The notes beneath the pieces were generated by a model. The model saw only the letters and a program-made list of their open reading frames with translations, made no database searches and was not told the DNA's origin. A program made the position numbers and the translations under genes. A stretch of 41,972 bases of DNA from Conidiobolus incongruus B7586 (taxonomy: Eukaryota), in assembly GCA_000697335.1 (NCBI GenBank), contig JNEM01013962.1, positions 1-41,972 of the forward strand, in the 5' to 3' direction. Each line of letters opens with the position of its first letter. The stretch's first letter is position 1. Shown here piece by piece: positions 1 through 14,189 of this stretch.

Positions 1-480
1 AAAATATATAAAAAAAATCAAATAAGATAAATTTTATTTAATATAATAAAAATTTGAATATTTTTATATCAATAAATTTAAAAAATTAAAAAATAAATAT
101 TTGGAATATTAACTTAGGTATTATTATAAAATAATGGAATAGGATATTTAATCCAAAATAAAAGTAATTTCAAATATACCAGAAATTGAATAATATATAA
201 ATATTTTAATAAATATTAATATCTAATAAAATTAAAAAATATTAATAGAAATAGCTTAATTACCATTAATAAATATAAAAATAAAATTCAATTATATTGA
301 AATTAAAGCAATATTAACCTTTTATTTTAAAAATCTTTAATATATAGTTGATATTTTATTTTATTTAAATATATATATATATATATATAAATTAAAAATA
401 ATTAATATTTAGATTAATTTCCCAAACAAGATTATAGGATTATTATATTAATTTATAAAAATTCAATATATAGTATTTAG
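1..480 (-). mobile_element. Possible heavily decayed mariner-like 5' fragment, truncated by the window edge
   Basis: (TA)n tract at ~369-388 like those in the 5' leader of the other mariner copies. Minus-strand ggt aat taa gct att tct resembles the GNE(V/A)LS HTH segment of the transposase. Almost no C/G left, so alignment is weak. Confidence 0.3.
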
Positions 481-1554
481 TTTTTTAAGATTATATCCTT
501 TATTATATATATTCTTTATTATTAGAAGAAATCCTTTGAAATTCTAAAATGACAAAGTTTACATAAAAAAATTGAATGAGTTACTATTATTCATTACATC
601 ATTGAATCATAGTCACCAAAATCAAGTAAACTTTTTTAAAATCAATTTAGTAATAGGCCAAAGTTAAAAAACTAAAAGGGTAATTGTTTTGAGATATTAA
701 TTTAACAATGCAAAAATATTAAAAAAAGTGATATTTTAATATTATTCGATGACCTTACTATAAAAATCATACAAAAATATCATGAATCAAGATTATTACA
801 ATTTTTTATAATTTTTTGCGTATTTCTTCAAGTATTAAAGGACTCAAAAATATGGAGGTTGATTTTATGTATAATAAAAAGAAAAGTTTTGGAGTGTAGA
901 TGACCTTCAAGAGAATGGGATGATTTTATTCAAAAGGATTTAAATTATTATTTTGTAAATTACCCTATTGATTATATATATTTTTCATTTATATTGATAA
1001 AAAATAAAATATTCTTTAATATTTGATAAAAAAAAAGATATATATACCTTTTTTTATAAAATATATACTCAATATAAATGTATTTTTATTTCAATGAATT
1101 AAAAGACATTGAATATTTTTCAAGTTATAAAATTAACTGAATCAAGATGTAACATAAATATAGATAGTGACGTATTTCACCTACAAATCAAAAATCCATA
1201 TTCTTTTAAGTGAACTAATATCGTAATATCTTGAAAAGTATTATTCAGTTTTTAAAATTATGGACTTTTTATCTGATAAATATAGTATCCTTCTAGAAAA
1301 CAATTTCTGATATTAAGTAATAAATTTTTCTCAAAATTAAAAGGTTTCTAATTTTAGATTTATTTATCCTTATATTATTATAAAATTATTTGGGTAATTT
1401 TATGTTGTTTGAAAGTAAATTTTTTGCATAAATATTCACATTTTAGTGAAATATCGATTAATATTAAATTAATAACCAATTCATTCTTTTATACATTCAT
1501 CTTTAATAACTACAACTTAATCATAATAGTATAAAATAATATATAATAGTCATA

Positions 1555-2213
1555 ATGCCAAAATCAAAAAAGAAATATTTAATAATAATTATTGTTGCAG
1601 CTGTTATAACATTAAGTTTAATATTTTCGGGCGCTATTAGTACTACTCAAAAGGAAATTGTTCAAACTCCCAACATCAACAAACTTAATAATTTGAAGTT
1701 AGAGCCTTTGAGACCAGATAATCAAGATGTTGAAATGGGTGGTGCTATTATGTCAGAATTGGGTGACCCCGAAATCAAGTAATTTCATTCGTATTATTTA
1801 GTAGATATAAAGTATAAATTTAAATAATTTAGAGCTGAGTTAGGACGTTCTGCTTGGAAACTCATTCACACTATGACCGCTAGATTCCCTATCAAACCTA
1901 GTAAAGACGAACAAAAAGCACTTGAACAGTGGTTCAGATTATTTAGTAGATTATATCCTTGTGGTGAATGGTAATTCCATCGCATTATTCAAGATGTTTA
2001 ATATATTAATTTTTATGGTATAGTGCTAGACACTTCCAAGGTCTCTTGGTAGACAAACCTCCCAGAGTAGGCTCAAGAGAGGAAGCTTCAACATGGGCTT
2101 GTGAAATTCACAATATGGTTAATGACAGATTGGGTAAAACTCACTTTGACTGTTCGAAAATAGCTGAAGTTTATAAGTGCGGTTGTTCTGAAGAGGATGA
2201 AGTTTCACCTTAA
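1555..2213 (+). CDS. ERV2: Erv2-type FAD-linked sulfhydryl oxidase (ERV/ALR family), 183 aa, 3 exons: 1555-1778, 1833-1970, 2024-2213
   Basis: Spliced translation across GT-AG introns: N-terminal hydrophobic anchor, AELGRSAWKLIHTMTARFP, LYPCGEC (CxxC), WACEIHNMVNDRLGKTHFDC and C-terminal YKCGC, the CGC shuttle motif typical of Erv2. Confidence 0.95.
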
Positions 2214-3502
2214 AATAGTTTTTAAATGAATATAAATTAATACTTTTTTAATTACTTTTAGCGCTGTTCTATTGGATCCTAATTAATCTTTTAATTTAGA
2301 TGAAGATATTTTTATTATATTTTAAACATTCAAACCAATTTTGATATGATTAAAAATAGTATATACTTATAAAATTTTTATATACACTAAATTTACTATG
2401 TAAATTAATATTTTTCTATTAACTTGGTTATTATTGATTTTATAACAGTATATATTAGCTTTTCAAATTTTCATTGAAATGAAATAGCAAATTTTTGTTA
2501 TTTATATTTCCAATTATATTAATAATGATTGATCATAGAAAAACATGACAATTTTTATTGATTCAAATTTTGAATAAATTGATTAGAATTTGATTCTACA
2601 AATAAAACTTTAACTTATCTTTTATAAATTTAAATAAATATTACTCTATTATTTTCAGTTTCCTCTAATATTTGATAATTTATTAATTTTAACCTAATCT
2701 TCCATTATATTATTAAATTGAAGATATTAAATTTAACATAAATATCTATTTTGAAAGTTACTGTATTTAATATATATTATATATTTTTTGACATTTAAAA
2801 ATTCTTTTAAATCTATATAAATAAATTTAAAATATTTCTGTATTATTTCCAAATTTTTACATTTATAAATTTAAAATCATACAAAAAATTTAGTAAAATT
2901 TGATTAAAATAATATTGATTATTGAATAATAATCAATAATTTATGAACAATATTAAAAGTGCATTATTTTCATATTGTCTCAGCATAACTTGCAAGAGTT
3001 AAGTTTAGCTATATTAATCCCATGTTATATAATGATGATACAATCTCTACTAAATTATTGATAAATTAATTATTTTGTTCTAAAAAAATTGATAAAATCT
3101 TGGTGTAATTTATTACCCTATAATTGCCATAAATTTATAAAAATTAATTTTTCAAACAAAAAATTAAATACAAAATCAGACAATTTTACCACCTGCTAAT
3201 AATATAAGTAAATAATAGATCCAAAACTCAATAGAAAAATCCTTCCAAAAATATTAGATAAATTTTTTATAATGTTTAAATTGGGAATTCTTCAAATTGA
3301 GTAAAAAACTGGTTTATAATTTATAAAATAGTCAATATTCAAATATAGTGATAATAAAGTATAGGAAAAAATTTCAAAAAAAGCGTGTATACCAATTAAG
3401 AAACATGATTTTACTATCTATAGAAATATTTAGTAATATATTGTATAATCAATATTAGTAACTAGATTGAGAAATCATTTAAAATGGATTGACAAAATAA
3501 AA

Positions 3503-3584
3503 TGAGAATAGCAGGATTTGAACCTAAGCGAGAAACCACATGTGCTTTCTAGGGACATACGTTAAAACACTCTACAATCTTGTC
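3503..3584 (-). pseudogene. Degenerate tRNA-Ser(AGA)
   Basis: Reverse complement GACAAGATTGTAGAGTGTTTTAACGTATGTCCCTAGAAAGCACATGTGGTTTCTCGCTTAGGTTCAAATCCTGCTATTCTCA. It has a T-loop GGTTCAAATCC, a CT-AGA-AA anticodon loop and a long variable arm. The acceptor, D and anticodon stems carry mismatches. Confidence 0.7.
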
Positions 3585-4414
3585 TTTACTATTAAATGCT
3601 TTTTTTTAGTTTTGAGTAGTAAATTTTTTGTATATCTTATTAATTCAAAATAACACGTAAAATTTTTGTTGGAAGAATTTTTGCCTTGTTTATTAAATTT
3701 CAATTTTAATTCTTATTGGATAAATATTTTAATAACTGTTTTTCATATTACACTTTTGGTTAAATTCAATATTGATGTCTTATAATCAATCATCTATTCA
3801 AGCTGTTTTCTATATTCGAAAATTATTGAAATTTTACTCCTTATTCATTTATAAAATCAATCTCACAAATAATTCTATCATGATTTAAATGAATATTTAT
3901 TTGAGTAAAAATAAATTTGGATTTTGCATTAACTTGATGCAAATTCTTATTTCAGAGGTTTAGTTCAAATAATCATTGATTTCATTGAATTGATATAATA
4001 TAAAAATATTACAATGTATTCACATAGATTATTAATTTGCTATATTATAGTAATATATACTTTGTTAAATTATGTAATTTTCAAATTTACCATTGTAGTT
4101 AATACCTCAAATATTCTAAGTAAATTTTAATATATAAATGAATATAAATGTTCAAAAATACCTTTGATTTTACAAATCGAAACATTATAACTATTTTAAA
4201 TGACATAATATTATTCATTTTCCTTTTTTATTTTCATTGTATCCTTGGCTAGATTTATTTCTATTGTTTTGTTTTTTTTTTAAAAATTTTATTAATGTAA
4301 TGAATTTAAAGTATATAATAATTCGAAATATTCTTAAGAGTTAATGAAATATTAAATATAATAGATTACACTTATACTATCTACTAATGTTATATTTAAA
4401 ATTAAATTAATTGC

Positions 4415-6302
4415 TTAAGATCTAATTTTGATTCTTAACTTCAAATCAATTGGACGAATAATACCAATTGTAGTCAATCTCAATCTGTTATAATCAGGAT
4501 TGTTAGATTGAATACTGAATTCAAATTTTTGAAGTAGCATTGCGATTGCAACTCTTTGTTCCATCATTGAAAAAGTGATACCAATACCTAGGATTAAGAG
4601 TCAGTATTGTTTCTAACTAAAGGATACAAAAACTTACATGTTCTAGCACCCAATGTAAATGGCTGCCAAGCTCGACTTTCTTCACTGGTAATATCTTTGA
4701 AGCGATCTGGATTGAATTCGTCTGGATTTTGATATATACTGGGATTGTGGTGGATACCCCATAAATGAAGGAAAATGAGAGTATCTTTAGGGACAACAAT
4801 ACCATTGCTCAAACTATATGCTTGGGTTGAAGCTCTCGTGACACTTGTTGTAGTTGTCATAATGCGCATGGATTCCTTATTAACTTGATCAAGATATGGC
4901 ATGTATTTCAGTTGTTCAATTGTAGGGATAGTGACTTGCTCAGGATGACCCATTGCTTGCAAAATTTCATCACGTAATTTTTGTTGAATTTCCTAGTTAG
5001 TTATTTTTAATATTATTATCATAAAATATTGGTATAAATGTATAGCTTACGGGATAACGTGCTAAATAATATAATGTACTAGTTAATGTGTTGGAAGTGG
5101 TATCGTGACCAGCTAAAATAAAGGCTTTAATATTATCCTAACAATTCAATTAACTACTGAATCGTATTTACTAACTATCAATAACTTACTCTAATTTCTT
5201 CATGAGTCAACTTATATTCATCTATACTTTCGTTGGCATGTAATAAAGCAGTTAACAAGTTACTGTGATTATTTAATTTGCTTTCATTCATTTCCTGTTT
5301 CTTCAAACTCATGAGCTCATCAATAAATTCGTGATATTCATCAATTTGTTGAGATAGCTGAGGGCGTCTAAAAAATGGGAATTTTTCCAAGAATGGTAAA
5401 ATGGCATAGATAGGCTCACTCAATACTTGGTGAATAATATCATTGTATAATTTATAAATAGCTGAATTGGGATCTTTAACAGCCTAATTGTTATAATTAA
5501 TTTAGTGGATATTTGCCAAGTTGATATTTCAATGTTACCTTGAAGTCAATATCGAATATAGATTTTCCCAATACATCTAAAGTCATTCTAAGAATATGAT
5601 AAGTATAATGTACAGTATCGCATACATGCTCAATTACCTTTGAATGACTTCTTGAACAACTATATCCTGATTATCGAAGTTCTTCCAATTATCAATGAGA
5701 TCTAATACGCAATTACCAAAAAGCTCAGTAGGCCAACTCTTCGTGAATATCGGATTAATAATTTTTCTATGACGTTTCCATTCCTATTTTTGTATTAGTT
5801 ACTATGATATCAATATATAATTAGAGCAATTACTTGTCCATTATTTCCAACTACTTGACTTTTACCGAATAATTTATAAATATTGGGACTTAAGGGGAAC
5901 TTTTGAAGGTCAGGTTTTCCGAATATTTCTATTTTTATAATCTATAAACATTACAGTTATTACATATAATTGATAATAATTACCAGGCTTCATTTGAATT
6001 TCTTTAGAAATATTAGAGTCTCCAATGAATAGAGACCATCCAGTCACTGATAGCACCTAAATAATGGATTAGAATTATATGATGAAGGATTATATTCCTC
6101 ATACCCTAATCATCCCATGACGATCCAAATAAGGTTGTAAAAATTTCATCTTATCATTAAAGCTACCCTTACTGAAAGCAAACTTCAGTAATGTGGATAC
6201 TGGAGCACTTGGGACATTCTCCAACTCTTTAGGGCACTTTAAAAATTTATAAATCTTAATGACTGAGTATATTAATATTGTTACAATAATATATCTTATC
6301 AT
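4415..6302 (-). CDS. Cytochrome P450 (paralog 1), intact, 489 aa, 9 exons: 6302-6105, 6056-5984, 5928-5834, 5783-5638, 5587-5539, 5483-5190, 5137-5051, 4992-4638, 4587-4415
   Basis: N-terminal TM anchor, EWKRHRKIINP (WxxxR), I-helix AGHDTTS, K-helix KESMR, PDRF and heme motif PFTLGARTCIG (Cys codon split by the last intron). All introns GT-AG; exon total 1470 nt. Confidence 0.95.
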
Positions 6303-7680
6303 TATTATTATTAATTAATTGATCTTGATGAATTTGATTTATGTTATTGATCAGAGTATTTATATCAATTAGTGAATTGAGAAATTTTATTATAACAATT
6401 TTAACATGAATATAATTAAATCGGTTATTTGAATTTATGCTTATTCTTGATTTGGGAAAATTTAAAAAAATTATTCCGATTTTCGCCGAATTCATGAGCA
6501 AATTATTACTTGATTTGTTTAGACTTTGATCCTAATTGAAATGGAAGCTCTCGGGATTATTGCTTTATTTACACATTTGAATCTTTGAGAATATTTTTAC
6601 GTTCCGATAAATATTTATTTTAAGATTAAATGATTAGTCAATATTAATAAAAATTATAATTATATTCATTATTAAATATTTAATGAGTAATTTATATCAC
6701 ATTTTATATGCTAATACCACTATTCACTTTGTAATCCCTTCTAACATTAAATTAGTAATTGTTTAAAAAGTTTAAAATTTTTGATTTAATATCATTTTTT
6801 CACGAATTAATGATATATAGCACCAACTTTGTATTTTCAAAATATATTGTCGTTTTTGTTAAATAAATAAAAAATCATTTATACGAATAATTATCAAAAA
6901 TGAATATATGATTGTATTTGAGGGACTACGTATATTTATCTTATTTACTAATAACAAAATATATAGAATAAATAGTTTAGCGTAATATACAATATATCAA
7001 GGAAAATTTAAACTTTTCAATATTTAAATTATTCATGAAAGAAATTCTTTCCCTTTTGATTGAAAATATTTATATAAATGATTCATAAGCTAAATTTATT
7101 GTTAATATTATGATATCATTCAATTAATCAATATTAACCATTTTATTTCAAATAAATATCATATAATTCTATATTTCATCTTATTAGAGTAATACCAATG
7201 ATTAGAAGTAAAATCTCTTAATACAAATAGCATGAATCAGACATAAAATTTTTTTGAAGCTAAATTTTCTATAGACCAATCATCTTTTCGATATCTTGTA
7301 TTAATAATATTTTATTAAATTGCAACTTGAAATTTATATATAAACTAATTTTGGGATCTGTAAATTACCCTTAATGGATGATAATGAATATCAATACTTG
7401 GTGGATTTACTTGGATTAATTTCAGTTAAATTTGAAATTATAATCAGTTAACATAACAAATAAGTAATTTTTTGAAATTCAGGTTTTTTAATTAATTTGA
7501 TATATTTCATTTTTTCTCAAAAGCATTCTTTAATTATTTGTATTAAAGATAACAATTATCAAATTTTACCTCTGTATTATTATATTTATATGTTTCAAAT
7601 TAAGAATTTTTGTCTCAAATGCTTTTATAAAGCTATATTTGTATTATATAATATTATTTTAAAGAAATAAAGTTTAATTA

Positions 7681-8975
7681 TTACTTTGTAATTTAAATAA
7701 TGGGAATTTTTTGTTATTGAAAAAATAAACATTTTAATATATAAAAAGTAGAAATAAATATAAAATATAAAATTAATAATTTCCTTTATTTCTAATAATT
7801 TTTTATTATATTTTTAATAAAAATCTAATATTTAAAAAATAATTTTTTTATTAAAAACTAAAATTTGATATTTTAAAATTAATTAAATTTTTATATAGAA
7901 ATTTTTTTCTTATAAGCTAATTTTTTAATTATTGAAAACAATTATAATTACATAATTTATAATCTAAACAATATATTAGATAATAGTAATTTTTTCCAGT
8001 TATTTTTAATTAAAAAGTCTTTTATAACTTTAGATTTATATATTTTACAATTATTATATAAAATAATAATCTTTCTCAAATTATATTTAAACTATTAATT
8101 AAAATAATTTTATTTAAAAGAATATAAAGTTTATTATTAATTAATTTTACTTTAAAAATTAAATAAAACAACATATGCTATTATAATTTATTATAACAAT
8201 TAATATTGACTTATTAATAAAATATTTATTTAAAGGAATTTATAAAAGAGGTTAATTTAACTTAATTTAACAATTTAATTTATACTTTAATTAAAAATTA
8301 TATGACAGAATTTAAGATTCATTAATTATAATAATTTACTATATAATATTTAATTTCTGGTTATAGCTTAATAAGTATTATTTAATAATAACTATTTTTA
8401 CTTTTTTAAGATTTAATTAAATTATAAAATATTTAGTTTATATTTTTATTAATTAATTTTAATTTAAACTTTAATATATATAAAATATTTATATAACTAA
8501 AATTAAATTATCTTGATAACTCTTTATTTAAAATAAAAATATACTTTTTAATATATTTTTTCACTTTATTAATAATTAAAAAAATAATAGTTAAAATCTA
8601 TCTTTTAGATTTTAATAAGTTTAAAGTAGTTTTTCTATTAACTTTAAAATAATTTACCTAATAATAAATTGCCAATTTAAATAATACTTTATTACCAAAA
8701 GCTGTTTGTAAATTTTAAATAATTTTAAAAAGTTAATAGCTAAGATTTATTAATACTAATATAAAATATATTTTATTATTTTTTAGTTTAAACATAGTTA
8801 AATTAAACTACCAATTTTAAAAAATTATTTTTTTAATCAAAAAAATTAATATATATATATATATATATATATAATTGAAAACTATTTATTTTGTATATAT
8901 TTTCTTTTTTGAAATTAATAATATATTTGAACAATCACAAATTAAAAATTTCCCATTTTTTTAATTTTATAGTAA
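7681..8975 (-). mobile_element. Mariner element, subfamily A, full length (~1.3 kb), heavily mutated
   Basis: Ends match the TIRs of the 31141-32446 copy (TTAC...AATGGGAA.TTTT) and are flanked by TA. Colinear with that copy in reverse orientation; transposase destroyed by C>T/G>A changes. Confidence 0.85.
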
Positions 8976-9098
8976 TATTTTGATTTTTATTTAATTATGT
9001 ATTTTAAATATATTTTATAAAATATGGCCCAGGAATAAACTTGATATCATATTCATTCAGTAAATAGATTAGAATGTTGTAAATTTTAAAATACATGT

Positions 9099-11265
9099 TT
9101 AAATTTTTAAATTATATGTGTCCTGCAAAGAATTAATAGTAAGTCTAAATTGATAATATTCAGGATTATAATTAGAAATCAAAAATTCAAACATTTGTAG
9201 AATCATAGAAATAGTAATAAGATGATCCATTATTGAATAACTTGTACCTAGAAAAAAAGTTGCGAAATGATTAATAAACAAATATATATAACTATAACAA
9301 AATAGAGCTCCTGGGATAAAAGGCTGCCAGTTATAACTTCGATCATAGGATAAAATGTAAAATTTTTCAGTCAAATTTTTCAGGTTTTGGATATACAATT
9401 GTAATATGATAAGCACAGCATAAATGTAAAAACATATTAACACCTCTTTGTATAACAGTATCATTACTTAATATACATTGTTTAGAGATGATTCGTCAAG
9501 AATGTGCAAAGTATGTTATGTTTCATATTGTTTCCTTATTGAAAATATACAAGTAGGGGATCTTTGTTAAAAGATCAATGTCACAAATAGTTAGCTAATT
9601 AATATATATTCTTTAGCAATCATTGGATTTCCTGAAAGGAAGTTATCAGAAATATTATATAAAAATAAACATAAAGTATTTACAGGATATCAGGCTACAT
9701 AATCTAGTGTAGCAATTAAAGCTTTTGAATTGGTATCATAACCTACTTAAATAGACTTTCACATTAAAGTAAAATCAATATTAGTGTTGTATTTCAAAAT
9801 TAATCATCTCTTCCAGTTTGATAGCTAAACCAATATTATTTCTATTTTAAGCTGACTTTGTCAGTCTATAATTGAAGGATACTCTTTGTTCTCTTTATTT
9901 TCTTTATTAGACTTTATCCAAATCCCATATCATTCATTGATTCAATTATTTAAACCCAACAGTGATAAAGATAGAGAAGAAGGTTTTTTTTCTTTTGAAT
10001 ATTCTGCTACGACGCCTCAACAGTAAGTTTTCAAACCTACAGTCCCGATACGTTAAAGAGCAGGATTAATAAATAATTTACTAAATCATATTTTGAGTAC
10101 TTTTCTAACTACGATCTTTATTTATAAAACTTAATATAAAACACAACATTAGGAAAATTAAGTTAAAATTAGATATTCATTTTACTATAATATTTTTAAA
10201 GACAAACCTCTCTTGTTCCTTATTATTTGATTGAATTATAGCAGTCATCAAATTATCTATTGGGTCGTTATTTAGAACTTGAATTTTTTTTCTCAATTGA
10301 ATAAATTCATTATCGCCATCAAACTATTTAGATTATTAAAATTTTCCAATAAATAGGATAGAATCTAGGGATACAAATATCAAATAAAATGCTTCACTAT
10401 GAACTCTATAATCAATGCTACCATATATATAGAATATAATATAAATATGCTCTTTGACAGTCTATTATTTAGTATTTATAAGTATTTAATTCAACTTTTT
10501 AATATTAAATAAATGTTTGGGAATTGAGATTAAAAATAGAACGACCAAATATATCTAAAGTTTCTTGATATATTGCCATAGTTTATTCTAAATAATTGGA
10601 TAAAGTACTTAGGGAAATATTTATGAATCAATTCATCAATCAGTTTATAATTATCCAATTCATCAACTCATTCACATAATTATCAAATAGTTAACCAACT
10701 ATTTCCATTAAGAATTGGGTTGATCATTTTGAGATGATTTTTCCATCATTAGGTAGATAATATTGGATTTAATAAATTCTAAATAAAGAGTTCTTTTACC
10801 TGTGCATTGGCAATAGCATCATAACTTTTTACTGTTTTTTAATTAATTGATATTAAAAGATTCCTTGTTAGGATTAAACTTAATAAATATATCTCAAATA
10901 AACTTAGTATTACTATATATTTCAAAAATCATTATTTAATTGTCAATTTTCACAAAAACATCCCTGACCAACAAAGGATCTCCTTTAAATAGACATCCTA
11001 ATGGAGCCAGAATCTAAAGAGTTAAAGTGATCATTACATTACAGATTTATCGTTTAAATATACCTTCACTAAAGCATAGTTAATCAAATATAGTTGCAAA
11101 TATCTCTCCATTTTATCAATGAAATACTCTGATGCAAATAGATCATACAGTTAGTCCATATTGTCAGCGTTGAAGCATTTTAAAATCCTTGGTGACATTT
11201 TAAAAAATTATATAATTTAAAAACTATACATAGTAAGGAAATTGAAAAAACATAATTTAAATGAT
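9099..11265 (-). pseudogene. Cytochrome P450 pseudogene (paralog 2), interrupted by a solo LTR
   Basis: Decayed remnants of the same exon series: KLYNFLKC near the start, I-helix *VGYDTNSKALIATLDYVA*YP, WQPFIPGALF and last exon SYSIMDHLITISMILQMFEF. Contains stops, frameshifts and a damaged heme motif. Confidence 0.88.
9785..10148. mobile_element. Solo LTR, family 2, inserted in the P450 pseudogene at the position of an intron
   Basis: TGTTG...CAACA termini, perfect 4-bp target-site duplication TTAG (9781-9784 / 10149-10152), homologous to 24929-25284. Confidence 0.85.
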
Positions 11266-11797
11266 TTATACTGTTAGTATTCAAGATAATATGGGTTCCA
11301 TTGATAATATTTTTATATTATGAATTACCGGGTAATTAAGCAATGTTTATTTTATATTACTTTTTTAATGGTCTCAATTATATTGGGCTTTAATTAAATA
11401 TATAGTTGAATCCTGTTTGTCTCGTATAAAATATGCGAAGTCAAGTTAAAAAAATTAGGTCGAGATCTGTTTTTAAGAGGTTTTATTATGTGGATAAGTA
11501 TATATTGTGATTTCAAGCCTTTGTAACTTAGTAGTTTTATATATACTTTTCAAAAAAAGGTGTAAATATTGATATAGATTAATTAATATCATTGTGAAAA
11601 ACTTTAAAATTAAATTATCAATATAAAATAGATATCAGATATATATAAATTTAGTAATAAAGTATAAATTCAGTGTTTGATTGAATTATCACTCTATTTT
11701 TTAATTTTGAATTAGGTTATTTACATTTATACACCATAAAAAGAATTTGACAAGTAGTTTCTTAGTCTAAAAATTGATATTTAGTTTGAATTTAATA

Positions 11798-13098
11798 TTA
11801 GTTTGGAAATTAAAAAATGGTGAATTTTTTAATTTCTGATCTTTCAATTATATTATACATTTTGAAAGATTTTTTATATAAAAAATATAGGAAAATAACT
11901 TTTTTCAAACTATATATATATATATATATATATATATTTAATTTTAATTATTTTTTTTATTAAAATATTTTGATTTTAAAATTTATACTTAAATAAAATT
12001 ACACTTAAATTAGATTATGATTATTAAAAGACTTTTTTTTAATCTTTAAAACTTAACCATAAACCCTCTAAAATTATTTAAAACTTGTGAATAGTTTATA
12101 GAAATGGTGTTTTATCTAAACCACCATATATTACTAGATTTGTGATTTTAAAGCTAGAAAGGACACTATTTAAGATTTACCAAAATATAAAAGATTAATT
12201 TATATTATTACTATTTTGTTTATTAATAGAGTAAAAAATATATTAAGAAATATCTTTTTATTTCTGTTAAAGAATTATTAAAGTAATTTTATACTAATTA
12301 TATAGGTATATTAAATTTACTTAAGTTTAAAGTTAGATTAATTGATAAAAGTATAAAATAGATATTTATAGATTAATAAAAACTTGAAAGAAAACTAGAA
12401 TAACTATAATTAAACTAAACTTATTAAAATATAACTAAAAATAAATTTTCTGACAATAAATACTTATAATTAATGAATTTTAAATTCTATTATATAACTC
12501 TTTACTTAAAAATAAAATAAAATATTAGGTTAAGCTAAATCAATCACCTTTATAAATTCTAATAAACAAGTATTTTAAATATAAACAAATGTTAATTATT
12601 ATAATAGATTATAATAGTATATAATCTTTTAGTTTAATATCTCAAGGAAAATTAATTAATAGTAACTTATATATTATATTTTTAAACAAAAAAATTGCTA
12701 AATGATATTTTCAATATAAATTAAAAATATTTATTATTTTACATAATAATTGCAAAATATATAAAATTAAAGCTATAAAAGATTTTTTATATAAAAAAAT
12801 AGAGAGAGTCACTATATCTAGTATATTCACTTAATAATAACCTATATATTTATAATTGTTTTTGATAATTAAAAATACAGATTATAAAAAAAATTCCTTT
12901 AAATAAATTAAATTAATTTGGGAAATATCAAATTTCAGTCTTTAATAAAAAAGAACTATTTTTTAGATATTAAAAACTTACTAAAAGTATAGAAAAAAGT
13001 TATTAATAATAAAAAAAGATATAAATTTTATATTATTTATTAATTTATTTGTTTAATTCTAATTTCAAAATTATGCTATTATTTAATCTTTATATTAA
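11798..13098 (+). mobile_element. Mariner element, subfamily B, full length, heavily mutated
   Basis: Left TIR TTAGTTTGGAAATTAAAAAATGG matches the 27640-28954 copy. TA flanks, (TA)n leader and colinear transposase remnant. Confidence 0.85.
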
Positions 13099-13781
13099 TA
13101 TCAAAATAAAACAATTAATCAGTTATTTTCTTTATATAAAATATTGGAATAAAATAAAAATTTTATTAAATCTATAAAATTTATTTATTTGCTATATAGC
13201 TACTATATTATAGATTATATACTATATATAATATCTTAATTTGAAAACAATATAATTATATAAATATTAATAATTTTTAATATAGTATTTATTTTATAAT
13301 TTTTAAAAATTTAAGCATTATAAAACAGCTTTTCTGTAATTTCATAAATTACATAAAATATTTAGGAGGTTCTAATATTTTTAAAAATATATAATGATAT
13401 GAATATGGTGCGAAGTTCCAATCAATATCAAAAAGATTTTTTAATTTTGCCTGATATTGAAATATCATAAAAATATTAATTTAAATTTTAAAATATAGAT
13501 TAACTTTATTATATTTTTTATTAAATTAATATAGTATTATCAAATAAGCTTATTTATCCAAATTTAATAAATATCAATAATATACTAGAATAGTAATTTT
13601 TTAGAACTTTGTTTGTTATAAAAAAATTATATATATGAGGTTATTATATATGAAATTATTTTTCATTAATTTAATTTAGTTTATTTTTATATAAGACTTT
13701 AATAATATTCAAACAGTTATAATTATATAATATTAATTATTAATTTTAATAATATATTAAATATATATAATTATAGTAAGT

Positions 13782-14181
13782 TATAAGCATAGTGGCAAAT
13801 ACCAATATAGTATAGAGGAAGACTTAACATAAGAGTAGTATAATATAGAATATGGTATTATAATATAGTTATAGCATATAAATATAAACAAAATTTAACT
13901 AAGCTTTGAATTAAGATAAGTCACCAATATATATTAAAATTTATATTAGGTAGTGTTAATATATTATAATATTAATAAGATATAGTCTCAATCTTAGAAA
14001 TAGTAAAAAAAATAAAAAATAATAAGAATTGAGAGAAAAAAAAAGAACCTAATATATTAAATAATTCAATGCTATTTATATAATTAATTTAGCTATAAAA
14101 GTATAAATTAAACATATAATTTATAATTAATTGAATTATATGAAAGTATATATAAGAATTTAAAGAATTAGTTCTTTAATA
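13782..14181 (-). repeat. 3' LTR of the Ty3/Gypsy element (LTR family 1)
   Basis: Aligns along its length with 19074-19473 and with the reverse complement of 20415-20812; adjacent to the PPT. Confidence 0.9.
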
Positions 14182-14189
14182 CTCCCTTA

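Noticed and set aside
4617..4805. ORF-track entries 4617-4805, 22850-23047, 33161-33346, 39137-39364 and 6256-6501
   Set aside because: Alternative-frame, antisense or upstream-overlapping ORFs at P450 loci, with no recognisable motifs.
8848..8872. (TA)n microsatellites (also ~11911, ~21507, ~28825, ~31253) as independent repeats or an array
   Set aside because: They occupy the same position in the mariner 5' leader. No CRISPR-like repeat-spacer structure exists anywhere in the window.
13100..13765. Extremely AT-rich stretches (also ~30290-30520 and ~41200-41972) as specific TE copies
   Set aside because: Probably eroded TEs, but too degenerate to assign family or boundaries by eye.
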